A stretch of DNA of 64,000 bases from the human T2T-CHM13v2.0 reference genome, Homo sapiens. Made by a program: the position numbers and the translations under genes. The stretch lies in NCBI RefSeq assembly GCF_009914755.1, contig NC_060926.1. One strand, 5' to 3'. Of this stretch, positions 14,832-27,394 are shown piece by piece; the first letter of the stretch is position 1, and each line of letters starts with the position of its first letter. The notes beneath the pieces are model-generated. The model did no database searches. It had not been told where the DNA came from and saw only the letters and a program-made list of their open reading frames with translations.

Positions 14832-17800
14832 CTAGTGTGTGTGGCTCTCACAGAGAGGACGGGAAAGGGCGAGTAAATACAGCACTTCAACTGAAACATC
14901 AATCTACTCGCATTGGGAATAATCAAGGGAACAACTCAACCCACAGAGAATGGAGAAGAGCAAGGCAGGACACTGGACCACCTGGGAGTGACACAGAGCA
15001 AGAAGAACCTCCCCTGCCCAGGGAAGCAGTGAGTGGATGTGTGACCCTGGGAAGCCATGCTTTTCTGGTGAGTCTCTGCAGCCCTCCAGTCAGGAGATCC
15101 CCTTGTGAACCCACTCCACCAGGGCCTTCAGTGTGACACACAGAGCTGCCGTGGAGTCTCGGCAAAGCAGCCACTCAGGCATATGCAAACAGCAGGAAGC
15201 CTTAGATGCTCAGGCTTTCTGGGCTTCTGGGCAAAAGTAGCTGCAACTCTAGCAAAGCAGGAGGGTAGATCCCTGTACATATCCCTAGGAAAGGGGCTGA
15301 ATCCAGAAGGCCTAGCAGTGACAGTCTGCATGTTCCACTTCCACGGGACCTTGCAGGATAAGACCCATTGGATTGGAATTCCAACCAGTCACCAGTAGCA
15401 GCGTTACACCTCCCTGAGACAGAGCTTCCAAGAGGAGGGGCAGGCCACCATTTTTGCTATGTGGGTGACTTAGTCATTCCAGGCTTCAAGCTTTGGAGAG
15501 TTCAAGCCAACTAGGGGTGGAAAGGATCCCACAGCACAGCACAGCTGCTCTTAAAAGTGTGGCCACATTGCTTGTTTAAGCAAGTCCAAGATCCCGTTAC
15601 TCCTCACAGGGTGGGACCTTGCAACTGGGGTCTCCAGCCACCTTCTACAGGTGTATTTGGGCTGGCAACGGGCTTGTAACTTCCTGGGAAGGAGCTTCCA
15701 GAGTGAGGGGCAGGCCACCATCTTTGCCATTTTGCAGCCTTCACTGGTGGTAATCTCCAGGTAATGGAAAATCCAAGGCAAATAGGGATTGGAGCTGACC
15801 TGCAGCATACTACAGCAACCCTATAAAAAAGATGTCAGACTGTTACGTGGGTGCCCATTCCCATATCTTCTCACCAGGTGCATCCTCCAGGCCTGAGCCT
15901 CCAGCCACCCTCTGCCAGAGCTATCAACTCCCTAGGACAGTGCCATCAGGAGCAAGTGAAATCCTCTCTGTCACTGCCTCTGCAGTCGAACTGCCTTTCC
16001 TAGTCTCAGACTGATGAAGGATTGAAGACCATAAGTGCCTTATGCACACCTCCAACAAGGTGCAGTCAACCCAAGGAGAGGAGGCCAGTTCATCACCCAC
16101 GGGTCCCCCACATACCCCACTGCTCATTACCAGACTGGGAACCCCTGGCTTGGGCCCACAGCACAGGCCCTCCATCCGGGGCTGATTGCACTGAGTGATT
16201 GCTGACCTTAAATCTCTCTGGGGTGGAGTTCCCAGGAGAAAAGCAAAAGACTCGCTGCCATAACCAGTACTAAGTTCTCTTCCTTTACTGACTCTAAGTT
16301 GGGAAGGAACATAAACACTGAGATTGCCACAGAGTGGCAGTGGACAGCCCAGGCATGCCAAGCTGGTATCTACAGCAGCACTCAAGGGGGAGAGGAACCC
16401 ATACTTTCAGGACATTGAGAGGCAACATGGCTACAACTGAAGGAAACAGAGCAAGAGTCTACCAGCTGGCAAGTATGCCTGAGTGACACCTACTAAATCA
16501 CACCCCAAAGCTTCAACACCAAAAATACCTTGCTAACACGCCCCCCTCTGAAACCAGAGACAAGGAGTCAGCTTCAAATAAAGACCCCGCACAAAGCCTT
16601 TACCCAGTGAGAATATCCGGCAAAGTCTATTGACTGTACTCAATCTATACTGCAGTTAAAGGAACACACACATGCAGAGATGAGAAAGAACCAATGCAAG
16701 AACTCTGGTAACCCAAATGGCCAGTATTCTATGTCCTCCAAATGACCACACCATTTCTCCAACAAGAGTTCTTAACTAGGCTGAACTGGTTGAAATGACA
16801 GAAATAGAATTCAGAATATGGATAGGAACAAAGCTCAATGAAATTCAGGAGGATGGCAGAAGCCAATGTAAGGAAACTAAGAATCACAATAAAGTGATGC
16901 AGGAGCTAAAGGATGAAATAGCGGGTGGAAAAACAAACAAACACAACACCCAATGGGTCTGTCAGAGCTGAATAACTCAATACAAGAATTTCACAATGCA
17001 ATCAAGTATTAACAGCAGAATAAACCAAGCTGAGGAAAGAATCTCAGAACTTGAAGACTTGCTCTCTGAAATAAGACAGACAAAAATAAAGAAAAAGTTT
17101 ATAAAATGTGATAAACAAAACCTTTCAGAAGTATGGCATTATGTAAAGAGGCCAAGTCTATGAGTCATTGGCATACTTAAAAGGGATGGGGAGAAAGTAA
17201 ACAACTTGGAAAACATATTTCAGGGTATCATCCACGAAAACTTTCCCTATCTTGCCAGAGTCCAACAGTCAAATTCAGGAAATACAGAGAATGCCTGTAA
17301 GATTCTACATGAGAAAGTCATCCCAAGGTACATAATTGTCAGATTTTCCAAGGTCAAAATGAAAGAAAGAATGTTAAAGGAAACTAGAGAGAAAGGTCAG
17401 TTTACCTAAAAAGAGAAACCCATCAGCCTAATAGTAGATCTATAAGCTGAAACTTTGTAAGCCAAAAGAGATTGGGAACCTATGTTAAACATTCTAAAAA
17501 AAAAAAAAAAAAAAAAAATTCAACCAGAAATTTTATATCCAGCTAAATTAAGCTTTCTACGTGAAAAAGAAATAAGGTCTTTTTCAGATAAGCAAATATT
17601 GAGGAAGTTCATTACCTCCAGACCTGCCTTAAAAGAGATCTTGAAAGGCGGAAAGGAGCACTAAATATAGAAAGGAAAGACCACTAGCAGCTAACACAAA
17701 ACCACTGAAACACACAGATCAGTGTCACTATAAAGCAACCACACAAACAAACCAATACAATAACCAGCTAACAACATAATGACACAATTAAACCCACACA

Positions 17801-19637
17801 CATCAGTACTAACCTTGAATTTAAACAAGCTAAATTCCTTCACTTAAAAGGCACAGAGTGACAAGCTGTATAAAAAAGCAAGACCCAATGGTATACTGTC
17901 TTCAAGAGACCCGTCTCACATGCAATGACACCCATAGGCTCAAAATAAAGGGATGGAGAAAAATCTACCAAGCAACTGGAAAACAGAAAAAAAAGCAGCA
18001 GTGAGAATCCATATTTCAGACAGAACAGATACAGATTTCAAACCAAAAAAAAGCGGGCATTACATAATGGTAAAGGGTTCAAATCAAGAAGAAGACCTAA
18101 CTATCCTAAATATACATACACCCAACACAGGAACACCAAGATTCATAATGAAGCAAGTTCTTAGAGATGTACAAAGAGACATAAACCTCCATACAACAAT
18201 AGTGGGAGACTTTGACACTCCACTGACAGTACTAAATCATCAACATAGAAAATTAACAAGATATTCAGGGCCTAAACTTAGCACTGGATCAAATGGATCT
18301 GATTGACATCTACAGAACTGCACCCTAAAACAACAGAATATTCATTCTTCTCATTGCCACATGGCACATACTCTAAAATTGACCACACAAACGAACACAA
18401 AACAATCCTCAGCAAATGCAAAATAATCAAAATCATACCAAGCACATTCTTGGACCACAGCACAATAAAAATAGAAGTCAATACTAAGAAATCTCTCAAA
18501 ACCATGCAATTACACGCAAATTAAACAACATTCTCCTGAATGACTTTGCGTAAATATTGAAATCAAGGCAGAAATCAAGAAATTCTTTGAAACTAATAGA
18601 ACAAGGGTACAACATGCTAGAATTTCGGGGACACAGTGAAGGTGGTGTTAAGAGGGAAATTTATAGCACTAAGTTCCCACATCAAAAAGTTAGAAAAATC
18701 TCAGATTAACAACCTAACACCATAACTGAAAGAATTACAGAAGCAAGAGCAAATCATGCTAGCAGAAGACAAGAAATAACCAAAATCAGAACTGAACTGA
18801 AGAAAATCAAGACATGAAAAACCACTCAAAAGATCAACAAATTCAGGAGTTAGTTTTTGGAAAAAATTAATAAGATAGATAGGCTGCTAGCTAGAAGAAA
18901 AAAAGAAGAAAAGAGAGAAGATGCAAAAAAAAATACAATTAGAAATAATGAAGAGAATATTACCACTGATCTCACAGAAATAAAAATAACCATCAGAAAC
19001 TACTACGTGCACTTCTATGCACACAAACTAGAAAACCTAGAGGAGATGGATGAATTTCTGGAGACACACCATCACAAGACTGAACCAGAAGAAATTGATT
19101 CAGAGAACAGACCAATAATGAACTCCAAAAATAAATGAGTAATAAATAGCCTACCAACCAAAAAAAGAAAAGTCCAGTATCTGATGGATTCATATTCATA
19201 GCCAAATTCTACCAGATATACAAAGAAGAGCTGTATCATTTGCACAGAAACTATTCCAAAAATTTGAAGAGGAGGGATTCCTCCCTAACTAATTCTATGA
19301 AGCCGATATCATTCTGATACAAAACCTGGCAGAGACACAAGAAAAAAAGAAAACTTCAGGCCAATATGTTCAATGAACATTGATGCAAAAATTCTCAACA
19401 AAAGACCTGCAAACCAAATCCAGCAGCACATCCAATAGCTAATCCACTACGATCAAGTAGGCTTCATCACCAGAATGCAAAGTTGGTTCAACATACAAAA
19501 ATCAATTAATTTGATTCATCATATAAACAGAACTAAAGACAAAAACCACATGATATCTCAATAGATGCAAAAAAGGCTTTTGATAAAATTCAAAACTTTT
19601 TCATATTAAAAACCCTCAATAAACTAGGAATTGAAGG

Positions 19638-20187
19638 TGCATTAGTCAGGGTTCTCTAGAGGTACGGAACTAATAGGAGAGGAGTATATATGAAGGGGAG
19701 TTTATTAAAGAGCATTGACTTACACTATCACAAGGTGAAGGCCTACAATAGGCTGTCTGCAAGCTGCAAGCAAGGAAGCCAGTCTGAGTACCAAATGTAA
19801 AAGGTAGGGAAGTCAACAGTGCTGCCTTCAGTCTGTGACTTAAGGCCTGAGAGCCTCTGGCAAATCACTGGTGTAAGTCCATGGGTCCAAAAGCTGAAGA
19901 ACTTGGAGTTTGACGTTCAACAGCAGGAAGCATCCAGCACAGGACCAAGATGAAAGCCAGGAGACTCAGCAAGTCTAGTCCTTTCACATTCTTTCACCTG
20001 CTTTTTTTTCTAGCCATGCTGGCATCTCATTAGATGATACCCACCCAAATTGAGGGTAGGTCTTCCTCTACCAGTCCCCTGACTCAAAATGTTAATCTCC
20101 TTTGACAACGCCTTCACAGACACACCCAGGAACAATACTTTGAATCTTTTAATCCAATCAAGTTGACATTCAATATTAACCATCACA
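19638..20187 (-). mobile_element. MLT2A-like (HERV-L) solo LTR inserted in L1 ORF2
   Basis: TG...CA termini; minus strand begins tgtgatggttaatattgaatgtcaacttgattggatt; 5-bp TSD gaagg/gaatg; the L1 sequence resumes in register. Confidence 0.9.
20150..20160 (+). promoter_or_regulatory. DUX4-type motif TAATCCAATCA in the MLT2A U3 (second copy at 21965-21975, inverted)
   Basis: Exact match to TAAYCYAATCA; MLT2A LTRs are established DUX4 targets. Binding at this copy is untested. Confidence 0.5.
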
Positions 20188-21886
20188 GAATGATATACCT
20201 CAAAATGATAAGAGCCATATATGACAAACCCACAGTCAACATTATAATAGATTGGCAAATCCTGGAAGCATTCCATCGAAAACCAGCACAAGACAAGTAT
20301 GCCTTCTCTCACTACTCCTATTCAACATATTATTGTAAATTCTAGCCAGAGCAATCAGGCAAGAGAAAGAAATAAAGAACATTCAAATAGGAAGAGAAGA
20401 AGTCAAACTATCTGGTTGCAGATGACATAATTCTATATCTAGAAAACCACATAGTCTTGGCCCAAAAGCTCCTTCAGCTGATAAACAATCTCAGCAAAGT
20501 TTCAAGAAGCAAAATCAATGGACAAAAAATCACTAGCATTCCTATACACCAACAACAGCCAAGCCAAGAACCAAATTAGAAAGGCGATCTCATTCACAAA
20601 TGCCACCGAAAGAATAAAATATCTAGGAATAGAGCTATCTAAGAAGATAAAATATCTCTACAATAAAAATTATAAAACACTGCCCAAATAAATCAGAGAA
20701 GATATAAACAAATAGAAACACATCCCATGCTCATGGATATGAAGTAATAATATCATTAAAATGGCCATACTGCCAAAAGCAATTTACAGATTAAATGATA
20801 TTCCTATCAAACTACTGATGAAATTCTTCACAGACTTAGAAAAAACTATTTTAAAATCCACAGATCCTAAAAAGAGCTCAAATAGCCAAGCAATCCCGAG
20901 CAAAAAGAAAAAAGCTGGAGGCATAATGTTACCCAAATTCAATCTATGCTATAGGGGTACAGTAGCCAAAACAGCATGATACTGCTGTTACAGAAACAGG
21001 CACATAGACTAAGGGAACAGAATACAGAGCCCCCAAAATAAGGCCACACACCTGTGACCATCTGATCTTTGACAGAGATGACAAAAAATAAGGATTGGGG
21101 AAAAGACTCCCTATTTAATAAATGGTGCTGGGATAACTGGCTAGCCATATACAGAAGATTGAAGCTGAACCCCTTCCTTAAACCATATGCAAAAATCGAC
21201 TCAAGGTGGATTAAAGACCTCAATGTAAAACTCCAAACTGTAAAAATCCTAAAAGACAACCTAGCCAACACCATCATGGACACAGAAATGGGCAAAGATT
21301 TCATGACAAGGACACCAAAAGCAATTGCAACAAAAGCAGAAATTGACAAATGAGATCGAATTAAGCTTAAGAACTTCTGCACAGCAAAAGAAACTATCAA
21401 CAATATAAACAGATAGTCTACAGAATGGGAAAAATATTTGCAAACTATGCATCTGACAAAGGTCTAATACCCAGAATCTATAATGTACATAAACAAATTT
21501 ACAAAAGAAAAAAACACATTAAAAAGTGAGCAAAGGACATGAACAGACACTTTTCAAAAGAAGACATACATGCAGCCAGCAAACAGGAAAATTTCAGTAT
21601 TACTGATTGTTAGAGAAATGCAAATCAAAACCACAATGAGATGCCATCTCACACCATTCAGAATGGTGATTATTAAAAAGTCAAAAACAAGAGATTCTGG
21701 CGAGGTTGCAGAGAAAAAGGCACACTTTTACACTGTTGGTGGAAGTATAAATTAGTTCAACAGTTGCGGAAAGCAGTGTGGTAATTCCTAAAATACCTAA
21801 AAACAGAAATACTTTTCGACCCAGCAATCCCATTACAGGGTATATACCCAAAGGAACATAAGTTTTTCTATGTTCCTACCCATATA

Positions 21887-22062
21887 TGACTGTGGGTTTG
21901 TCATATATGGCTCTTATCATTTTGAGGTATATCATTCTGTGATGGTTAATATTGAATGTCAAATTGATTGGATTAAAAGATTCAAAGTATTGTTCCTGGG
22001 TGTGTCTGTGAAGGCGTTGTCAAAGGAGATTAACATTTTGAGTCAGGGGACTGGTAGAGGAA
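21887..22062 (-). repeat. Inverted copy of 20063-20238
   Basis: By-eye alignment gives 175/176 identity to the reverse complement of the source. Confidence 0.95.
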
Positions 22063-22837
22063 ACATGCACACATATGTTTATTGCAACACTATTCACAAT
22101 AGCAAGGACATGGAATCAACCTAAATGCCCATCAATGGTAGAGTGAATTTTAAAAATGCGGTGCATGTGCATGATGGAATACTATGCAGACATAAAAAAC
22201 AATAAGATTATGTCTTTTACATTGTTGATGGAAGTGTAAATTAGTTCGATTGTGGAAAGCAGCATGGATTCCTAAAAGAGCTAAAGTACAGAACAACCAT
22301 TTGACCCAGCAATCCCATTACTGGAAATATACTCAGAAGCATATAAATTATTCTATTGTAAAGAACACGCGTGCAAATGTTCACTGCAGCACTATTCAGG
22401 AGAGCAAAGATATGAAATCAACCTATGCCCATCAATGACAGATTGGATAAAGAAAATGTGGTACATATACACTATAGAACAGTAGACAGCCATAAAAAAC
22501 AAGATCATGTCTTTTGCAGGAACATGGAAGGAGCTGAAGGCCTATTCTTAGCAATCTAATGCAAGAACAGAAAACCAAATACCACATTATCACTTACAAG
22601 TGGGAGCTAAATTATAAAATCCTATGAACCCAAAAATGAAACAACAGACAGTAGGGTCTTCTTGAGGGTGGCGGCTAGGAGGCTAGAGAGGAGCAGCAAA
22701 GGTAAGTATTGGGTACTGGGCTTAATACCTGGATGATTAAATAATCTGTAAAACAAATGCCTGTAACATGAGTTTACCTCCATAACAAAGCTTCACATGT
22801 ACCCCGAACCAAAAATAAAAGTTTTTAAAAAAGAATA

Positions 22838-22978
22838 ACTCATTTGTGGTCTAATTATATCTTCAAAATCCCTTCACAACAACACCTAGATTAGTGTTTG
22901 ACTGAATAACTGGGAGAAGGTGTGTGTATAGCAAGTGCTGGGAATTACGGGGTCTATCTTAGAATTTTGCTAGCACAC
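22838..22978 (-). mobile_element. MLT1E-like LTR, right part
   Basis: caaaatcccttcacaacaacacctagattagtgtttgactgaataactggg...cttagaattttgctagcaca. Confidence 0.7.
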
Positions 22979-23318
22979 CTTCTGAGTCAAAGGTGGGTTC
23001 CCATTAGAGTAGAAATCAGCACTGCTTCTGAAATTTCCCCGAATTGAAACTATGGGCGAACTATACAAGAAAGATCTTGGAGGACTTACTTTTACCCTAT
23101 CGTTCACTAAATGTTTATTGTCCACATTATATTTGCTGAGCACGATTCTATTCATGAAAGACATGGTGCTGAATAAGGTGATCACATTCAAGAAATTCAG
23201 AGAGTTTAGTCTTTAGTGAATAAGAGTGTAGGAATATAGAGTCTAATAGAGTACATGTTTTAAAGTTACTTACAAATTTATCTCAATTATATATATATGT
23301 GTGTATACATATAATTGA

Positions 23319-23320
<2 letters not shown>

Positions 23321-23361
<41 letters not shown>
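23321..23361. repeat. (TA)n microsatellite, about 20 units
   Basis: Perfect TA run. Confidence 0.97.
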
Positions 23362-23364
<3 letters not shown>

Positions 23365-23821
23365 TCAGTGATAAGTGCTATGAAGGGAAACCTGCGTACA
23401 GAAAATGATGATGTAGTGGGAAGTATTTTAAATGAGCTATTGACAGAAGGCCTCTCTGAGGAAGTAATATCAGAGCCTAAACCTTTAAGAAGTGAAGGAG
23501 TAAACCAGAAATTGCTTCCAGTACCTCTGTAAAAGCCCAAAGCTGTAATAAGCTCAGGCTTCATAAAGATAACAAGGAGGCTGATGCAGATACAATTAAA
23601 ATGAGTGAAAGATGAGTAGTGTAAAATGAGGTAGGAAGAAGGAGACTAAAGCCAGATAATGTAAAAACCTGCTACTAATAGACGTCAGTCATTGTCCAAG
23701 CAAAATAAAGGTATTTTCAACATTCAAAAATAACAAGAGATCATGGTCGCTAACAAAGAGGCTGATGCAGACAGAATTAAATTGAATGAAAGATGAGTAG
23801 TGTAAAATGAGGTAGGAGAAG

Positions 23822-26800
23822 GAGATCATGGCAGATGGGAGGCAGGATAGATCGCAGCTCCAACTCGGATGGACAGAGCAATGGGCAGAGGCCTACATCG
23901 TGAATTTTAGCTCCGAGATTGATTGCAAGAATGAACCAGAAATCCAGAGAGGACCCACAGACCCTCTGAAGGAAGGGGACTTCTCTTGCAGCACCCAGGA
24001 GACACCCAAATACTGTGAGTGTCCCAGCTGCAGAAGTGGGGAAATGAGATCCTCCTCTCCCAAACACACACCCCCACTGGGGAAACTGAAGGTTTGCTTG
24101 TTGGAGAAGTTTCTGACCTTAACTGGAGCTGAGTCAATCTAGAGAGTCCAGTGAAATACAGGGGAAAAAGAAGCAGCAGGAAAGGCCCTGGGAGCTCACT
24201 GGGTTCCCAGGCAGTCCATTCCTGCCTGGCACCACAGGGATCCTTGGGAGGGTGGCCAGAGGGGCAGAGGAAAATGCCACAGGAAGAAGGAAGTCTCTGG
24301 CTAAATTTTGAAACAGTTCTAGCTAGGCAAGAGGCCTCTTGGCCAGAATTCCAGGGAGGGTGTAAATCTGGTGTGCAGACTCTATAGGCAGGGGAAGAAC
24401 CAAGACCTTTTCTTTCACAGCTGGGAGGTGGGTGGCCTGGGGCAAGTTCTCAAGCCCTGCTCTCCAACTGCCTGGAAACAGATTTGGGGCTGTTCAGATG
24501 TGTATGGTGGGAGTAAGACCGTCCCTTCAGGTTGCGTGGGAGCTGGGTAAGGCCTGTGACTGCTGGCTTTCCCCCACTTCCCTGACAACCTGCATGACTC
24601 AGCAGAGACAGCCATAATCCTCCTAGGTACATAACTCTATTAACCTGGGAATATCACCCCCATCCTCCACAGCAGCCACAGCAAGACCTGCCCAAGGAGA
24701 GTCTGAGCTCAGGCACGCCTAGCCACACCCTCAGCCGCACCCCCGCCTGATGGTCCTTCCCCAACCACCCTGTAGAGGAGGACAAAGGGCATAGTCTTGG
24801 GAGTTCTAGGGCCTTGCCCACTGCTGGTTCCTCTCCATACTACCACAGCTGATGCTCCCTGGAAAGAACCACCTCCTGGTAGGAGGTCAACCAGCACAAA
24901 AATAGAGCATTAAATCACCAAAGCTAAGAACCCTCACAGAGTCCATTTCACCCCCCTGGCACCTCCAGTGGAACAGGTGCTGGTATCCATGGCTAAGAGA
25001 CCCATAGATGGTTCACATTACAGGGCTCTGTGCAGACAACCCCCAGTACCAGTTCGGAGCTGGGTAGACTTGCTGAATGGCTAGACCCAAAAGAGAGATA
25101 ACAATCACCGGAGCTCAGCTCACAGAAAGTGACATTAATAGGAAAATGGGGAGAGTACAACATCAAGAGAACACCCTGTGGGACAAAAGAATCTGAACAA
25201 CAGCCTCCAGCCCTAGACCTTCCCTCTGACACAGGCTACCCGAATGAGAAGGAACCAGAAAACTAACTCTAGTAATATGACAAAACAAGGCTTTTTAACA
25301 CCCTTCAAAAATTATACTAGTTCACCAGCAATGGATCCAAACCAAGAAGAAATCCCTGATTTACCTGAAAAAGAATTCAGGAGGATAGTCATTAGGCTAA
25401 TCAGGGAGGCACCAGAGAAAGGCTAAGCCCAATGCAAGGAAATCCAAAAACTGATACAAGAAGTGAAGGGAGAAATACTGAAGGAAATAGATAACATAAA
25501 GAAAAAAAATCAAAACTTCAGGAAACATTAGACACATTTATGGAATTGCAAAATGCTGGAAAGTCTCAACAATAGAACTGAACAAGTAGAAGAAAGAAAT
25601 TCAGAGCTTAAAGACAAGATCTTCAAATTAACCCAATGCAACAAAGACAAAGAGAAAAGAATAAGAAAATATGAACAAAGCCTCCAAGAAGTCTAGGATT
25701 ATGTTAAATGACCAATCTTAAGAATAATTGATCTTCCTGAAGAAGAAGAGAATTCCTAAAGCTTGGAAAACACATTTAGGGGAATAATTGAGTAAAACTT
25801 CCCCAGCCTTGCTAGAGACCTAGACATCCAAACACAAGAAGCACAAAGAACGTGTTGGAAATTCATTGCAAAAAGATCATTGCCTAGGCACATTGTCATC
25901 AGATTATCTAAAGGCTTTACATGCATATGGACACCAAAAGCAAGCAGGGGTAGCTATTCTTATATCAGACAAAACAAACTTTAAAGCAACAGCAGTTAAA
26001 GAGACAAAGAGGGACATTATACAGTGGCAAAAGGCCTTGTCCAACAGGAAGATATCACAATCCTACACACATATGCACCTAACTCTGGAGCTCCCAAATT
26101 TATAAAACAATTACTAACGGACAAGAAATGAGATAGACAGCAACACAATAATAGTGGGGTACTTCAATACTCCACTGACAGCACTAGACATGTCATCAAG
26201 ACAGAAAGTCAACAAAGAAACAATGGATTTAAACTATACCTTGGAATAAATGAACTTAACAGATAGATACAGAATATTTCATCCAACAACCACAGACTAC
26301 ACATTCTATTCAACAGCACATGGAACTTTCTTTAAGATAGACTATTGATAGGCCATAAAACAAGCCTCAATGAATTTAAGAAAATTGAAATTATTTCAAG
26401 CACTCTCTCAGACCACAGTGGAATAAAACTGAAAATCAACTCTAAAAGGAACCTTCAAAACCATGCAAATATGGGGAAATAAATAACCTGCTACTGAAAG
26501 AACGTTGGGTCAAAAACAAAGTCACGATGAAAATTAAAAAAATTCTTCAAACTGAACAAAAATAGTGACACAGCCAATCAAAATCTCTGGGATACAGCAA
26601 GGGTGGTGCTACGAGGAAAGTTCATAGCCCTAAACGCCTACATCAAAAAGACTGAAAGAGCACAAACTGACATTCCAAGGTCACACCTCAAGGAATTAGA
26701 GAAACAAGAACAAACCAAATCAAAACTCAGCAGAAGAAAGGAAATAAACAAGATCAGAGCAGAACTAAATGAAATTGAAATAGAAAACCACTACTAAAAA

Positions 26801-27394
26801 AAAAAAAAAAAAAAGAAAAGAAACAAAAAGCTGGTTCTTTTAAAAGATGAATAAAATTGGAAGGACATTACCAAGATTAACCAAGAAAAGAAGAGAGACA
26901 ACCCAAATAACCTCATTAAGAAACAAAATGAGAGATATTACAAGGGAGTGACACCATTGAAATACTATGAACATAAACTAGAAGAGATGAGTAAATTCCT
27001 AGAAAGACACAACCCACCTAGTTTAAATCAGGAACAATTAGATATCCTGAACAGACCAATAACAAGCATTGAGATTAGAATGGTAATTAAAAAATTATGG
27101 TAAATAAAAAATTACCAACAAAAGAAGTCCAGGACCAGAAGGATTCACAGCAGAATTCTAGCAGACATTCAAAGAAAAATTGGTACCAATATTTTTGAAA
27201 CTATTCCACAAGGTAGAGAAAGAAGGAACCCTCGCTAATTCATTCCATGAAGCCAACATTACCCCAATACCAAAACCAGGAAATGACATAACCAAAAAGG
27301 AAAACTACAGACCGATATCCTTGATGAACGTAGATGTTAAAATCCTTAACCAAATACTAGCTAACCAAATCCAACAACATATCAAAAAGATAAT
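23822..27394 (+). mobile_element. L1PB-like LINE-1 with intact 5'UTR, internal deletion and 3' truncation
   Basis: 5' end gagatcatggcagatgggaggcagga; ORF1 start MRRNQKTNS at 25244; ORF2 peptides ([43 protein letters not shown]); ends in early RT with no 3'UTR or poly(A). Confidence 0.9.

Noticed and set aside
15400-15800. ~270-bp spaced repeat (gagcttcca...ggggcaggccaccat) in the L1 5'UTR
   Set aside because: Internal repeats are expected in old L1PA 5'UTRs; probably a consensus feature.
16680-22150. L1 ORF1/ORF2 as functional CDS
   Set aside because: Many stops and frameshifts, plus the LTR and inverted insertions.
27079-27113. 17-bp tandem repeat (atggtaattaaaaaatt / atggtaaataaaaaatt) in L1 ORF2
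   Set aside because: Trivial slippage in a dead element.
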